Positions 25,701 to 37,429 of a stretch of 64,000 nucleotides of DNA are shown one piece after another. The position numbers and the translations under genes are program-made. Source of the stretch: Psammoneis japonica (taxonomy: Eukaryota). Every line of letters begins with the position of its first letter. Positions within the stretch are counted from its first letter, which is position 1. The notes under the pieces were generated by a model that saw only the letters and a list, made by a program, of their open reading frames with translations, searched no databases and had not been told where the DNA came from. The stretch is taken from positions 124,001-188,000 of the forward strand of contig QPGO01000068.1 of the NCBI GenBank assembly GCA_008632985.1. Direction: 5' to 3'.

Positions 25701-27447
25701 ATCGCCGGGATGAATTGCATTAACTTCGACTTGGTCGAAAGAGCCCTTGGATCGCATGGATAGGGCAACATCGTCCCACGTGATTGTCTGATGTCGAAAA
25801 TCAAAAACGAGTCCCATTTCTGTGGCGGTTTTTCTTCCGATGACAACATCGTGTTTTCCTGCAGCTTTGTCTTCCACACAAGCATCGACGGAAACCTTCT
25901 TGGACGATGCGAAGTCTGGGAACTTCAGTGTCAGCGTCGCAATCTCGTGTAGATTAACGGCACTGTAACGGCCTTTAACGGGAACGTTGCATTTATGGAT
26001 TTGTGAGGAATCCCGCGAAGGGCTGAGCGCTTCACAAAATTGCGATTTGCGCCGGTGTCGAGCAAAGCAACACGGAACTTGTGCATTCCAGAATGAGTGT
26101 CAATCATCTGGACACGCGCTTCCGTGGTGAGATTGTCTTCTATTTCGGATTCGATGGAATCGTCTAGAAGAGACGTGACGTCTTCAAAAATGTCATTGAT
26201 GTCATCTGACGCGACGCCATCGACATCGTTAGAAGCGGAGCGACTAGCTTTGGAGTCCACATTGTTGTTTTCGACGTTCCGTGTGCGGCTCCGTGTAGGA
26301 TGGCAGTGTGTCGGCTCGTTTCGAGAGTTATTTTGTTGATTCGGCGCACTCCGATTTGCGCGGTTCCGCTCATAATTTTCACGTTCACGACGGATGACAT
26401 TGCACTCTTGACCGTTCGGATGTACAACGCCATGGATTGGACATGTTTGTTCACGATTGTTTTGGTTCCTGTTCCTGGCATCGCGATTTTGGTCGTTGTT
26501 CTGGCCGCGACGCGCATTTCGACCGTTGTTGCGTCGATTCCGATTGTCATTGTGTCTGTTGTTGTCGGCAGACCCTTTGTCACCACGTTGTTCCACACGT
26601 CGGAGAGTCTCGCAGCATTGAGCTTGGTCGTTCAAGTTTAAGTTGCGAAGACGGGCTTTAGTCTGAGTTTCGGCCCATGATCTTGGTCCACATTTTCGAA
26701 GGATTACGGATGATTCCGCTTCCGTGAATGACGGAACTCTTTCGGCGTCATCTTCGGTTGGCATGGGCATGACATCAATCAACTTATTAAAGCGACGGAT
26801 GTCATTGACAAATGACTTGACAGTTTGGTTCCTGGGTTTCTTAAGGCTTTGAAGCCATTCCTTGGCATCAAGGGCAATTTCTCTGTCCATGCATTGGAGT
26901 AGAAATTCTTCACGACAAGTGTCGAATGTAACTTGGTCGCGGTTTTCGTGTTCGTTTACGACGATTTCCCAGTCGTCTTTTGGTGTTCCGGTCATAAGTC
27001 TGGTCACGAGCCGGAAACGTGGCTGTCCTTCAGCCGCACCGAGATCGTTGATAAGTTCATCGAAGTTTGACCAGAAGGCAAGAACATCTTCCGGTTCAGT
27101 TGAAGCTAACTTGCGCACCTCGATCGTAGTTTTAAGCCCATCTGGATCGTCAGGATCAATGGGGCTTTCAAAAGACACGAATTGGTCTTTGCGTCGCTCT
27201 TCCTCAGAGCGGTCAGGACGCTTAAGTTCGAATGGGCAGTTTTCTGCTGACATGTCTGGTCAGGACAATGTGATCGGCAGACACATCTCAAGAGAGATGA
27301 ACAGGTGTTTGGGAGTAAATTTACTGTGCCAGGTGGTGCCAAGTGACAGCACAAAGTAGCGTTGTAAAGTTGACTGTTGCCAATGTTGTGAGAAGAAATG
27401 AAAGAGATTCGGCCACTCCGAAATCTCGTAGAATTAACACCAAGAAA
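22723..27447 (-). mobile_element. Second, inverted copy of the family A element inside the composite
   Basis: LTR 22723-23009 (lacks its terminal 4 bp), PPT 23010-23020, pol ORF 23031-25877, gag ORF 25931-27253, partial LTR 27327-27447. Confidence 0.9.
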
Positions 27448-28029
27448 TTGTGGTGCCAACGCAGCCACACTCTTGCGCCCTTGACTGCGCTGTCATCAGA
27501 CAAAGTCAAATTCAAGTGGACTGACGTCCACACGGAAGCTTTCAATGACATCGGCGATCAAGTCTTCGTTGTGACCAAAGACATCCAACGCAAACTCAAC
27601 ACCAAAGATGGTCCTTTCCGCATCGTGCGTGTCCATGCCAATGGAACCGTTGCCATCCAGTGCTCGCCTCACGTCACTGAATGTGTCAATGTCCGCCGTC
27701 TTCACCCTGTCTTCTAACGTCTCAATTGGGGAAGCGAGTGCCGAGTGTCACGGTCATCTACATTCATTCGTGTGTTCATTCGTGGGTGTCAGCCTGGTGT
27801 CAAAAGTGTCAAAAGGATGTCAACGATGACACTTTCTAGAAACCTCTTCTCCTTTCTCGACACATCTCGATGCCTCTCGAAAGATTGTTTCTTTACATTT
27901 CTACGCGGTTTCTTAGTGTTAATTCTACGAGATTTCGGAGCAGCCGAATCTCTTTCATTTCTTCTCACAATGTTGGCAACAGTCAACTTTACAACGCTGC
28001 TTTGTGCTGTTGCTTGGCGCCACTTGGCA

Positions 28030-28698
28030 CAGAGCCCTTGCCAAGCGTGACTTTACAACTCCCCACGGAGTGAATCTCTGCACGAGAACATTCACAAGCA
28101 CCTGCAGTGACCCATCAATGATTGAGTGCCGAAGAGCATCCCTCGCCTCTCGCCTCCAACGAGCCAGCATGAGAATGGTGTCTTGCGTGCAATGGCCTCA
28201 GAACAGGGAGTTCATGCATGGCCCAATGAATAAAAAAGAAAATAGCATCGTACAGGACAATGCCACTCATGACTTCGGCAGCAAGATGCAATGATCCGTC
28301 GACATCTTGCGGAATGCCATCAGGGAGTGCACCATTGGCTGGAGGTGGGACAACACATTTCAGAATGAAAATTCCCACCCAACATGCCGAAAGTGAGTTA
28401 TAAACAGGTGACCATCCAATTCCAATGGTTGACACAAAGCTCTTGTCGACGGAAACACCGGCTTTTCGCTCGTAGAACCAATGCAAATTGACAAAAACAC
28501 CGAAGGAAGCTGCAGCAACAAGTGGGTCCATCCACCACGCTCTGAAAACTCCATTCTCCATGTCGAAAGACGGCATTTGTGTCGCACGTATCCATTCCTG
28601 CATCATGGCGTTAATTTTCCCAATACGCCATGCCAAGGATTAGTCTATGGGCAAAGGAGCTTTCCAACCATCTAAACTGAGCCTGCCCGAGCCGTCAT
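28030..28698 (-). pseudogene. Fatty acid hydroxylase/sterol desaturase family gene, 5' part
   Basis: YDAIFFFIHWAMH and HARHH boxes; a 7-bp tandem duplication (ctcgcct, 28142-28155) frameshifts it; start uncertain. Confidence 0.8.
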
Positions 28699-29242
28699 GT
28701 TCGCCGCGTTGTTCCAGTTTCTGTGTCCGTTGAGCTCCCAGCTGGTCGTCGGGGAATAGGAAATATGTTGAATTGAGTATACAACTATTTACCAATATTT
28801 ACAAAAATTTCAAAATAATGCCTTATTCATCATCTCAATTCCTAAATAATGATTCCATTCTCAAATTCAACAAACTGCATCAACATAAACTTTCACATGC
28901 TTGAACCCATACCGGTACACAGTGTGCCGATAACGATGAAAGTTGTCCGGGAAAGTGGCGTTGGAGCGGTAGCGCAGCACTGGAGAGCCTGTGTCTTGCG
29001 CATGCATACCTTTGAACCGTTACTAGAACGACACGAGACAGACATGTTCTTGACACCTACTATGGAACCGACGTAAATAAATGGGGTGGGAGTGCTACAA
29101 CCGATGCTATGATGGAGAAACACTATGGAAATTGCCTCAAACGTGTGTTTGCTGTGAAAGAGTGTCTAAATATGTAGTTTACAAAAAGTGTTTGAGGAGT
29201 GAAGACCAATAATCGATGGTGATGTCACCGTTTGGACTTGGC

Positions 29243-31813
29243 CTACTGCAGAGAGTCCATCAAGACTTTCTCCCTACCCCGCTCGTCAAGGCAGGTATTT
29301 ATTGCGTCCAGGACGATTCCCAGTCTCCGGTCCAAAGCAGCAAGCTGACCATCTGACAAAAGATTCTTCTGTCCCCTGGCATGACTTGCGATATCAACCG
29401 ACGTTAGATGAATCAGGGCATCGGAGATGCTCATATTCCACCTTGAAATCCATTGAAGATGCTCGTAAGAATTTTCTCGCAAGACGCAACAGCTCACCAA
29501 GGGCACCAAAAGTTTCATCTCGTCGTATTCCGCAGACTCTGGTAGAAAGCTCTTGCCCTGATCGATCAGCAGCACTGCACCATTATCCTCTCCATCTACA
29601 AACTCGTGCGTATGGCGATCAACGTTCTGGGTGAGGAAATCAAAGATGGCTGTTTCGACGACATCAAGGATCCGAGGCTCCAAAGGAAACTCAGGTTTAA
29701 CATGGATGTCACAGTAATCCTTTGATTTCATGAGCTCTGTTCGTCGTCGGTCCTTGTCATTCCACGCATTGAGCGGAAATCTGGTGCTCTTGTGGCCGAT
29801 GACGAGGTCTGATCCTTCGCGTATCTCCTTAGGTAGAAACAAAATCATGACCCCTTCCATCATGCCGTCCTCTCTGGGACACACGGGATCCTCGCAGAAC
29901 TCACATTTTCCGTAAAAACAGTTCTTCTTTCCTCCGGCATTGGTAAACGTATCACGGAACTCGGGCGTGGCTACCGGAAAAATCTCCTTTTCGATATCTA
30001 GACGACGACCGACGGTGATTGGGGCTCTTCGCATGTCCAAGAGTCGAGACAGATGGAATGCAGCAATCTCTGAGCTATGCAAGTCATTTCCTGGGTCTAC
30101 CCTCATGGGTTTGAAGATAACTTGTTGACCGCCCTTGAGTTCCAAAAGAAGCTTGAGCTGCGAACCTCCTGTTGCAGAGGTTGCTTTGAGGATCTCTCCG
30201 CTCCTTAGTTGGTCAAAGATATGAGCTAGCTCGTTGTCTTTGATGGTGGGAGGTAAGATTTGTCTTGGAGTAATCCATTTAGAGGGGGCCTTCCAGACGT
30301 ACTCTGGGTCGCGATGGGCGGACGCGTGTTGCTCTTGCAGAATCGTGTCGTTCCTCAGCATTTCCAACCAGGCATTGGCTTCTTCTGACTTTCTTTGAGA
30401 AATCTCGTTCGCTTTGATCTTCGTTGAAGTCTTGAACCCCTTCAACCATGCCTTCGCGGAGTCGGATACGTGCAAAGCCTGACTTGCCGTAGGCTTTATG
30501 GCCTTAATATTGCTGAAACCCGCGGCGTACGAGGTAATGTTGGCGATGTTCGTAAAGGCCATACCGTCATCGTGGACGAAGCTTCCATGACGGAAGCTTT
30601 CCGGGTTTACCGCTCGCATTTCTTCAGTCAATGCCGCCATGTCTTCTGGAGCTTGACGATGGCAAAACATGGCTTTCGAGTTACACGTGTTGACTAGGCT
30701 GTGATTGCCGCATTGATTGGGCCATGTCAGGATGGGATAGATAGTGGTGGCATTGGTTTCAACGTCGGGTGTGGCCAAGTTTAGGTAGTACTTTGCCATA
30801 TATCCAACGAGCCAATCGGAGTGGAGGCATAATTGTGGGCTTCGAGCGGAATACTCGCTAATGAGGTCAACGATGGACATACCTTCTTGGAAGAACTCTT
30901 CTTCTCCAATCCGATTGGATTGAATAGCGTCGCAGGCATCTTGGAGAAAAGAGTCATCGCTTTCCTTAGTCGTATTGGTGGAAGAAGTTGTATCGCGATT
31001 GCCACGAAGGCCATGCCTGGAACAGAAAACGGGTTTAATCATGCGCTTGACCGCTCCTTTGGAGAAGACAACACCAAATCCGCCGTAGGGGAATTCATAT
31101 GGAATATTGATTGTCTCGTTTGCTTCAAACAAACACCCCGCGTAGACTCGAGCTTCATTGGGGTCAGCTAATGCTATATGATCCTGAAACATGTTAGCGT
31201 TGAAGAAAGTGTCGTCGTCCACCATGACGACATAGTCTGCCATTGTCTCTTCTGCTGAATTCTTGATGCTGCTCTCGAGGACTCGTAGTGATTGCCCAAA
31301 TCGTCTCTGAGCGCAGTGCCAACCAGGATCGGTCCTGATCACGTAGGTATCCGGCATATCTCCTTCCGTGTGAGAGTAGTGCTCACTCGCAAAAGCCTTA
31401 ATGGGGGGACTAAAGCTTGGATTAGCCCTGCAGGAACTAATGTACGTAAGAGTCTCCTTGCTACTCATTTGAGAGCACGTTTGGTTATGATCGTCCATCT
31501 CGGTCACCCCGATGAACGATCTGATGGACACGTGCGAAGCCCACGTTTCCAACTGAGATTGAAGATACTTGGGCCTGGTAATGGAGCCGACGGACAAGAT
31601 GTCCAGAGAGCGAACGGGATCGTGCAATGGTTCGCGAAGGTTTGAAAGGAATCGAGATCCGAAGTTGCTCTCGTAATTGATGACCGTTCGAGCTAGCTTA
31701 ATCTCCTTGAGCATTATCCAAGCCCAAATTACAGACAGTGACTTCATCAAACCTCTTCTGCGCGACCAAAGGACACACCAGATTGGCTTTGCAGGAGTCA
31801 AAGCTGATAACAT
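29243..31813 (-). CDS. Fringe-like (GT31) glycosyltransferase fused to a FAM20-family secretory kinase
   Basis: N-half: VMVDDDTF, FPYGGFG, HSD. C-half: GSQLKL...FKP, EIAAFHL, RRAP..VGR, CFYGKC, DFL..NVDRH, LIDQGKSF. Confidence 0.85.
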   Translation of the reverse strand: MLSALTPAKPIWCVLWSRRRGLMKSLSVIWAWIMLKEIKLARTVINYESNFGSRFLSNLREPLHDPVRSLDILSVGSITRPKYLQSQLETWASHVSIRSFIGVTEMDDHNQTCSQMSSKETLTYISSCRANPSFSPPIKAFASEHYSHTEGDMPDTYVIRTDPGWHCAQRRFGQSLRVLESSIKNSAEETMADYVVMVDDDTFFNANMFQDHIALADPNEARVYAGCLFEANETINIPYEFPYGGFGVVFSKGAVKRMIKPVFCSRHGLRGNRDTTSSTNTTKESDDSFLQDACDAIQSNRIGEEEFFQEGMSIVDLISEYSARSPQLCLHSDWLVGYMAKYYLNLATPDVETNATTIYPILTWPNQCGNHSLVNTCNSKAMFCHRQAPEDMAALTEEMRAVNPESFRHGSFVHDDGMAFTNIANITSYAAGFSNIKAIKPTASQALHVSDSAKAWLKGFKTSTKIKANEISQRKSEEANAWLEMLRNDTILQEQHASAHRDPEYVWKAPSKWITPRQILPPTIKDNELAHIFDQLRSGEILKATSATGGSQLKLLLELKGGQQVIFKPMRVDPGNDLHSSEIAAFHLSRLLDMRRAPITVGRRLDIEKEIFPVATPEFRDTFTNAGGKKNCFYGKCEFCEDPVCPREDGMMEGVMILFLPKEIREGSDLVIGHKSTRFPLNAWNDKDRRRTELMKSKDYCDIHVKPEFPLEPRILDVVETAIFDFLTQNVDRHTHEFVDGEDNGAVLLIDQGKSFLPESAEYDEMKLLVPLVSCCVLRENSYEHLQWISRWNMSISDALIHLTSVDIASHARGQKNLLSDGQLAALDRRLGIVLDAINTCLDERGREKVLMDSLQ

Positions 31814-32063
31814 GGTCGGTAGGATTAGAGAGCTGCGGAACGTTGGGACGATTGGTGGAAAAATTGTGTTTCGTGTTCCTTGTTAGTGCTCCGTTTCGGA
31901 GTTTTTGTGTTTTGTGGGGCTAACAAGGGTGAGTGAACAAAGTCACGCGATCCTCCGATGACGTCAGCTTTCTGGCTGAGTTTTTGCGTGTTTTTCCGTC
32001 GTCGACGACGGAAGCAAACACACCCAATAAAAAACAAATGTCATGACAAAAAGTAATGACCAT

Positions 32064-32114
32064 TGATAAAAAGTCATTTCTGATAAAAAGTCATTTCTGA
32101 TAAAAAGTCATTTC
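32064..32114. repeat. Three exact tandem copies of the 17-mer tgataaaaagtcatttc
   Basis: Units at 32064, 32081 and 32098; a degenerate fourth unit at ~32044. Confidence 0.9.
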
Positions 32115-33024
32115 TTACAGCTTACAGTATTTACTCGTACGTAGGAGGGTCATAGCTCTACCCAGTGCCGTAAAGCAAGGGTCGCCTTTCCAAAAAAGAT
32201 ACATGTAGAATTTATGCGGTCATTTTCCTTCAAAATGTGTTGCAGTGCAAATGCACGTGCAGTTACCTGTATGTACGACGTATTTAACACGTTTTCACGA
32301 TTGAAAGTCATGAAGAGTCATTAAGTCCGTTGGATTTTGTCGCGGGCAAGACTGCTTTGGTCACAAGTGCGGGAAGCTCATGGGGAATGAAGGAGTGCGT
32401 CACTGCAGAGCCAAGCAGGAACTGCTTCTTATGCACGCGGAGCTTTCCTTGGTTGTGCGAACCATGACCACCACCACCACCTTCCTTGCTGTTCTCATTG
32501 CCACAATGTCTTGCCACAGCAACAGGCAACAGTGCAGCATCATTGATCTGATGTGCAGAGGAAGTGCTCAGTTTGGCGTCACCGCAGGGTGCCCAAAGTT
32601 CTCCGGGGCTGCCACCTTTTGATGTGCTCTTCTGCAAACTCGAGCTCCCAGGGAATTGCCATGAGCACTGCTTTGTCATGCACATGCTTCAGATGTGACT
32701 GTGCACAAATTCACGCACATTGGTGGTTTCCCGTGCTTCCCCTCTCATGCACTCCTCCCGCGCGTCTTCTGCACGCTGGAACGTGCAAAGCCACACTCGG
32801 AGAAATCAACGATCAACTGACTGCAACAAACAAAAATGGGCAGGATGTGCCATGGTGCTTTTGAGCCCCTTTTGTAACAACTTTTGTTCATCAACGACAG
32901 CGCCACACCATGCATTTGACAGTGTCAATTGAGTGGGATCTGTGGCATGAAACATGAGATGAAATGTGATGGCTCATGTGCAGAACACCAGCGCAATTGA
33001 TCATCAGCCGTCTGCCATTTTTTT

Positions 33025-33428
33025 GTCGTGCAATCACAAATGCAAGCTGCAAGGCATGTGTCAAGAGTCAAGGCAAAAGCAGAGCCATGCATGGCTGGTG
33101 ATGACAGTGTGGTGGATTGGGCAGTCACCTTCATTCTTCCAATTGAAACATCTTGTGCGCAAAATGAAGTGGATTGCTCAAATGACTCTTGTGTCATGCA
33201 GTCACAAATGCAAGCTGTGAGGCATCTGGAGCAAATGCTGAGGCAAAAGTAGAGCCATGCATGGCTGACAAAATGTGGCTGATTGACTGACCATGTTTGT
33301 TCTTCCCTTTGACCCTTCTTGTTTCTTGTGCACAGAGTGCAGTGTGTCATTTTTGCTTCTTTGTTGTGTGGCCACAAACACAAACTGCAAGGGCTCTGGA
33401 GCAAAGGCCAAGGCAAAAATGGAGCCAC
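33025..33428. repeat. Degenerate tandem repeat, period ~170 bp
   Basis: cacaaatgcaagctg...aggcaaaag.agagccatgcatggctg recurs at ~33025, ~33193 and, more decayed, ~33368. Confidence 0.55.
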
Positions 33429-36400
33429 ACACAAGCAACTCAATGTCAATGTGGGTGATTCAATGGCAAAGTTTGTTCTTCTTTCCTTGCTCTGCCGCAA
33501 GGGGCTGCTCTTTGTGTCAGTGTGTTGATGCATCAGAGTCACAGTTGCTGCCCACAATTGCTGGATGGTTGCAGAGCTTGTGGACATGTGATTAAACAAC
33601 AGGATTGATGGGCCATGTTTGATCAGTGTCAGATCAGTTGCTGGCTGGCCTCCCACTTCCAGCACAATCCTGCAGCATCTGCAGAAACTTCAAATGGCTG
33701 TGTGCCAAATTTTGTGGGGCAGAGCTTTTTCAATGCAGCATGGATCCAAATCTGCACCATGCACCATGTTGCGTCCTTTCAAAAATCAACATCTGTTGGT
33801 GTTGTTGGTGCTGCCCACATGTTGCAAGGTGTGTTGCAATGGTGCATGTCTGCCCTCTTGTTCCAGTCAATTTTGACTTGATCTGCTGCTCTCTTCTTTG
33901 GCACGTGTTCTTTTGTCACTTTTTTAGAGTTCACCATGTGCCCTGTGTGTGCACTGGGCACTGAAAAAGAAGATGTGTTGCGACTTTGTCGTTGTGAAAA
34001 TTGTGAGCTAGTTTAGAGTAGAGAAAGTGGGATCGTGCGAATGGGGAATCTTGCCAAATCCCCATTCATTCGCATTTGGATCGCATCAAATCGATCGTGC
34101 GTTCACATTGTGGATCGTGCGAATCAAGCCATCACGCGCCATGCACGAGTGATGTCATCATGTGGAATCACGCTGCCATCGTGGGCCAGACGATGGGCCA
34201 GTGTGCTTCACACGGATGCTCTCTTGGCATCCTTCTGGAATTGCCCAAGACCTGGAGCCACGCCCTCCTGTGGTCGTGCTTCCCAGGCACGCGTCAACAA
34301 TGCCACGTTGCTGCGTGCAAGAGGCTCACACACGGTCTCACCATGTTGTCCAGTGGTGAGGCATGCTGCACACTCCCCCATGATCAGGGCCATTGAGTGA
34401 CAGGATGTCTTGCTGGTGACAGGTGCAATCTGCCGCAGATTGCACGCATCTGTCAGCGCTCCGTTCTGGATGCGCAACGTGCCGTTGTCAAACACACGGA
34501 CAACTCTGGTGGGTCCTGCACAGCTGTCAGAACCACATTTAGAGGATTGTTCCTGTTTGACAAGCATCAATTGCCCTGCGGTGCATTGACACTCCTTGCA
34601 TTTCTGATTTTCACGCTTGTCATTTAAGTGGACAAGCTTCTGCTTTCTGGTTTCCATGTGCTTCCACTCAGCACGATGGGCAACAGACAAAACCGCATCA
34701 CGTCCGAAGACCAATTGCATGGGACTTGCACGCGTGGTCGTGTGCACTGCAGCTCTGATGGCGAAGGCTGTGCCCCATGCATGCACTGGGCACTGAAAAA
34801 GAAGATGTGTTGTGACTTTGTCATTGTGAAAATCACGAGCCAGTTTAGAGCAGAGAAAATGGGATCGTGCGAACAGGGAATCTTGCCAAATCCCCATTCG
34901 TTCGCATTTGGATCGCATTGAATTGATCGTGCGTTCGCATTGTGGATCATGCGAATCAAGCCATCACGCGCCATGCACGAGTGATGTCATCGTGTGGAAT
35001 CACGTTGCCATCGTGGGCCAGACGACGGGCCAGTGTGCTTCACACGGATGCTCTCTTGGCATCCTTCTGGAATTGCCTGAGACCCAGAGCCACGCCCTCC
35101 TGTGGTCATGCTTCCCAGGTGCGTGTTGACAATGCTACGTTGCCATGTGCAAGAGGCTCATGCACGGTCTCGCCGTGTTGTCCAGTGGCGAGGCACACTG
35201 CACACTCCCCCATGATCAGGGCCGTTGAGTGACAGGATGTCTTGCTGGTGACAGGGTGCAATCTGCCGCAGATTGCACGCACCCATCAGCGCTCCGTTCT
35301 GGACACGCAACGTGCCGTTGTCACACACACGGACAACTCTGGCGGGTCCTGCACAGCTGTCAGAACCGCATTTAGAGGATTGTTCCTGTTTGACAAGTGC
35401 CAATTGCCCTGCGGTTTGTTGATGCTCCTTGCGTTTCTGATTTTCACGCTTGTTGTTCAAGTGGGTGAGCTTCTGCTTTCTGGTTTCCATGTGCTTCCAC
35501 TTGGCACGATGGGCAACAGACAAAACCGCATCGCATCCGAAGACCAATTGCATGGGACTTGCATGCGTGGTCGCATGTGCCGCAGCTCCAACAGCGAAGG
35601 CCACTGCGGAGAGGATGCCACTCCATGGGTCATCTTCGTCCAGCTCCATGTCCTGCACTGAAAAGAAACGCACCATGTTGCCAAGTGTCTGGTGTGCATG
35701 TTCCACTGTGGCATTCGCCTGTGGATTCCGTTTGCTTGTGGGTTTCTTCAAAATCCCACAGTCATTTTTAATCATCTGGCTAAATTCTGCCACAAATTCT
35801 GTCCCACGGTCACAAACCACCTGGGTTGGCCACGGACATCTGTGTGGCCATGTTTGTTCCATGACGTTTGCTGCAACGTCTGCGCGTTTCGCAGACACTT
35901 CTTTAATCTCGAACCACCCGGTTGCTGGGTCAATCATTGTGACTGCCCACAATTGCAAAGTGTCCTTTCCGCGTCTTTGAATTTTATGTGGCCCCATCAC
36001 ATCTGTGCATGGAGTCTCCCATGGAATTGTCTCTGCGACCTTTTCTGGTGGCTTCCCATGACGCTGCGTTCGGCGTTTTGTCTTCTGGCATCGATCGCAC
36101 TCAACGCACGTAGAATGCACCGTAGACCTCACACCAGGCCAACAGAAGTGCTGGGCAATGGACATTTCCGTGCGTGTCTCACCTGGATGACACAGTGTCT
36201 CGTGGTGCCATTCAGTTAGCGGAACCTGCAATGACTGTGGTGCTGCGATTTTGTCCTTATGACAGATTGACTGTCGTGGTGACCCTCCCCCACGATGCGC
36301 GCAAATGGAGCAGTCGGACGAGTCCTCAGCTCGTGAGAGCAGGCGCTTGTCCTTTTGTCATGCTTTTTGAATGCGCTTGAAGCCAACAGGCAAAGATGGC

Positions 36401-36896
36401 TCATCTTGCGCGTCTGTGTTAAAAGCTTCATGTGAAGGATGACTCAATGGAGTGTCTTTTACATCCGGACTGGCCTCGGAAGGCAAGCTGGGTGCCAGTT
36501 GAAGGCGACTAAGAGCGTCAGTGACTGGGTCATGGGCACCCTTGACATGGCGTAATTCGGGGCCACACTCTTCGCATGTCAACCGCCAGCGCATGGCGTG
36601 CTTGGTGTTGAATGCTTTGTGCGTAAGATTTTTGTGATCAGTGCACATGATCATGCGATGACCAAGGAGAGTCGTTCGAAATTCTTTCAACGTCTCCACA
36701 ATGGCGAGTGATTCTCTCTCCATTGTTGCACAATTTAATTGCGCACTGTTGAGCTTTCTGCCATGAAAGGCAACAGGTTCATTGTCTTGGGATGTGACTG
36801 CTCCCAATTGACATTTAGAGGCATCGGCATGCATCTCAAAGGGTTTGTTAAAATTGGGATGTGACAATAAAACATCATCCGATGTCACCCGTTTAA

Positions 36897-37429
36897 TGCA
36901 CTCGCACAACGAGCTGATGGATGGCAAGACGATTTGACATTCTGAATTTTTTTTGTGCTGGAAACTTCGTGCGCGCTACACGAGCATCGCTAAAAATCGG
37001 CAACATGACGGCGGTGCGTTGTCGTAATGATGGCGACGACATTGACGTGTCCTGGAGTCTTTGAGCATTACAGACATTTAGATTGTTAAATTTGCGAACA
37101 CACAAAGTCATGAAATGGACCAGGAGCAGCCTTCGTTCAATCGCAAAACGTCGCACCAATGCTGAGCTCTGTTTTTTGACTGTCATTTGATGCATTCAAT
37201 CATCGAACGATTGTGAGCTCGTCCGGGCAGCTTTCTTTGCGCATTGATGTTCTTGAGAGCATCATTGACAATGCCATTGAGTGCACACTTTAAAGTCGTT
37301 CTGTAAGACAGTCAGAAAAATGTCATCGTCATCATCGGCGTCGACGGCAATTTGTCGCGCAAATCGCAAAAAAAGCACCACAGTCGTCTGCCCGACATTG
37401 CGCCACTGTGCGCTGGTTGCGCGAATGCC
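36897..37429. mobile_element. TTAA-targeted MITE inserted in RT/RNase H
   Basis: Absent from the outer copy; flanked by TTAA (36893-36896) and TTGA (37430-37433); imperfect 18-bp TIRs tgcactcgcacaacgagc / gctggttgcgcgaatgcc. Confidence 0.75.

Larger units (their letters stand above)
18216..28029. mobile_element. Composite Ty3/Gypsy insertion (family A) bounded by direct 291-bp LTRs and a 5-bp TSD
   Basis: LTRs 18216-18506 and 27739-28029 (TG...CA); TSD CAGAG at 18211-18215 and 28030-28034; PPT ggggaagcgag at 27728-27738. Confidence 0.93.

Noticed and set aside
18580..27253. ADAR-type RNA editing or RT error during retrotransposition
   Set aside because: Changes occur on both strands (A>G and T>C) and also hit DNA MITEs, TSDs and flanking host DNA.
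32064..32114. CRISPR-like array
   Set aside because: Contiguous 17-mers without spacers, eukaryotic context, no cas genes.
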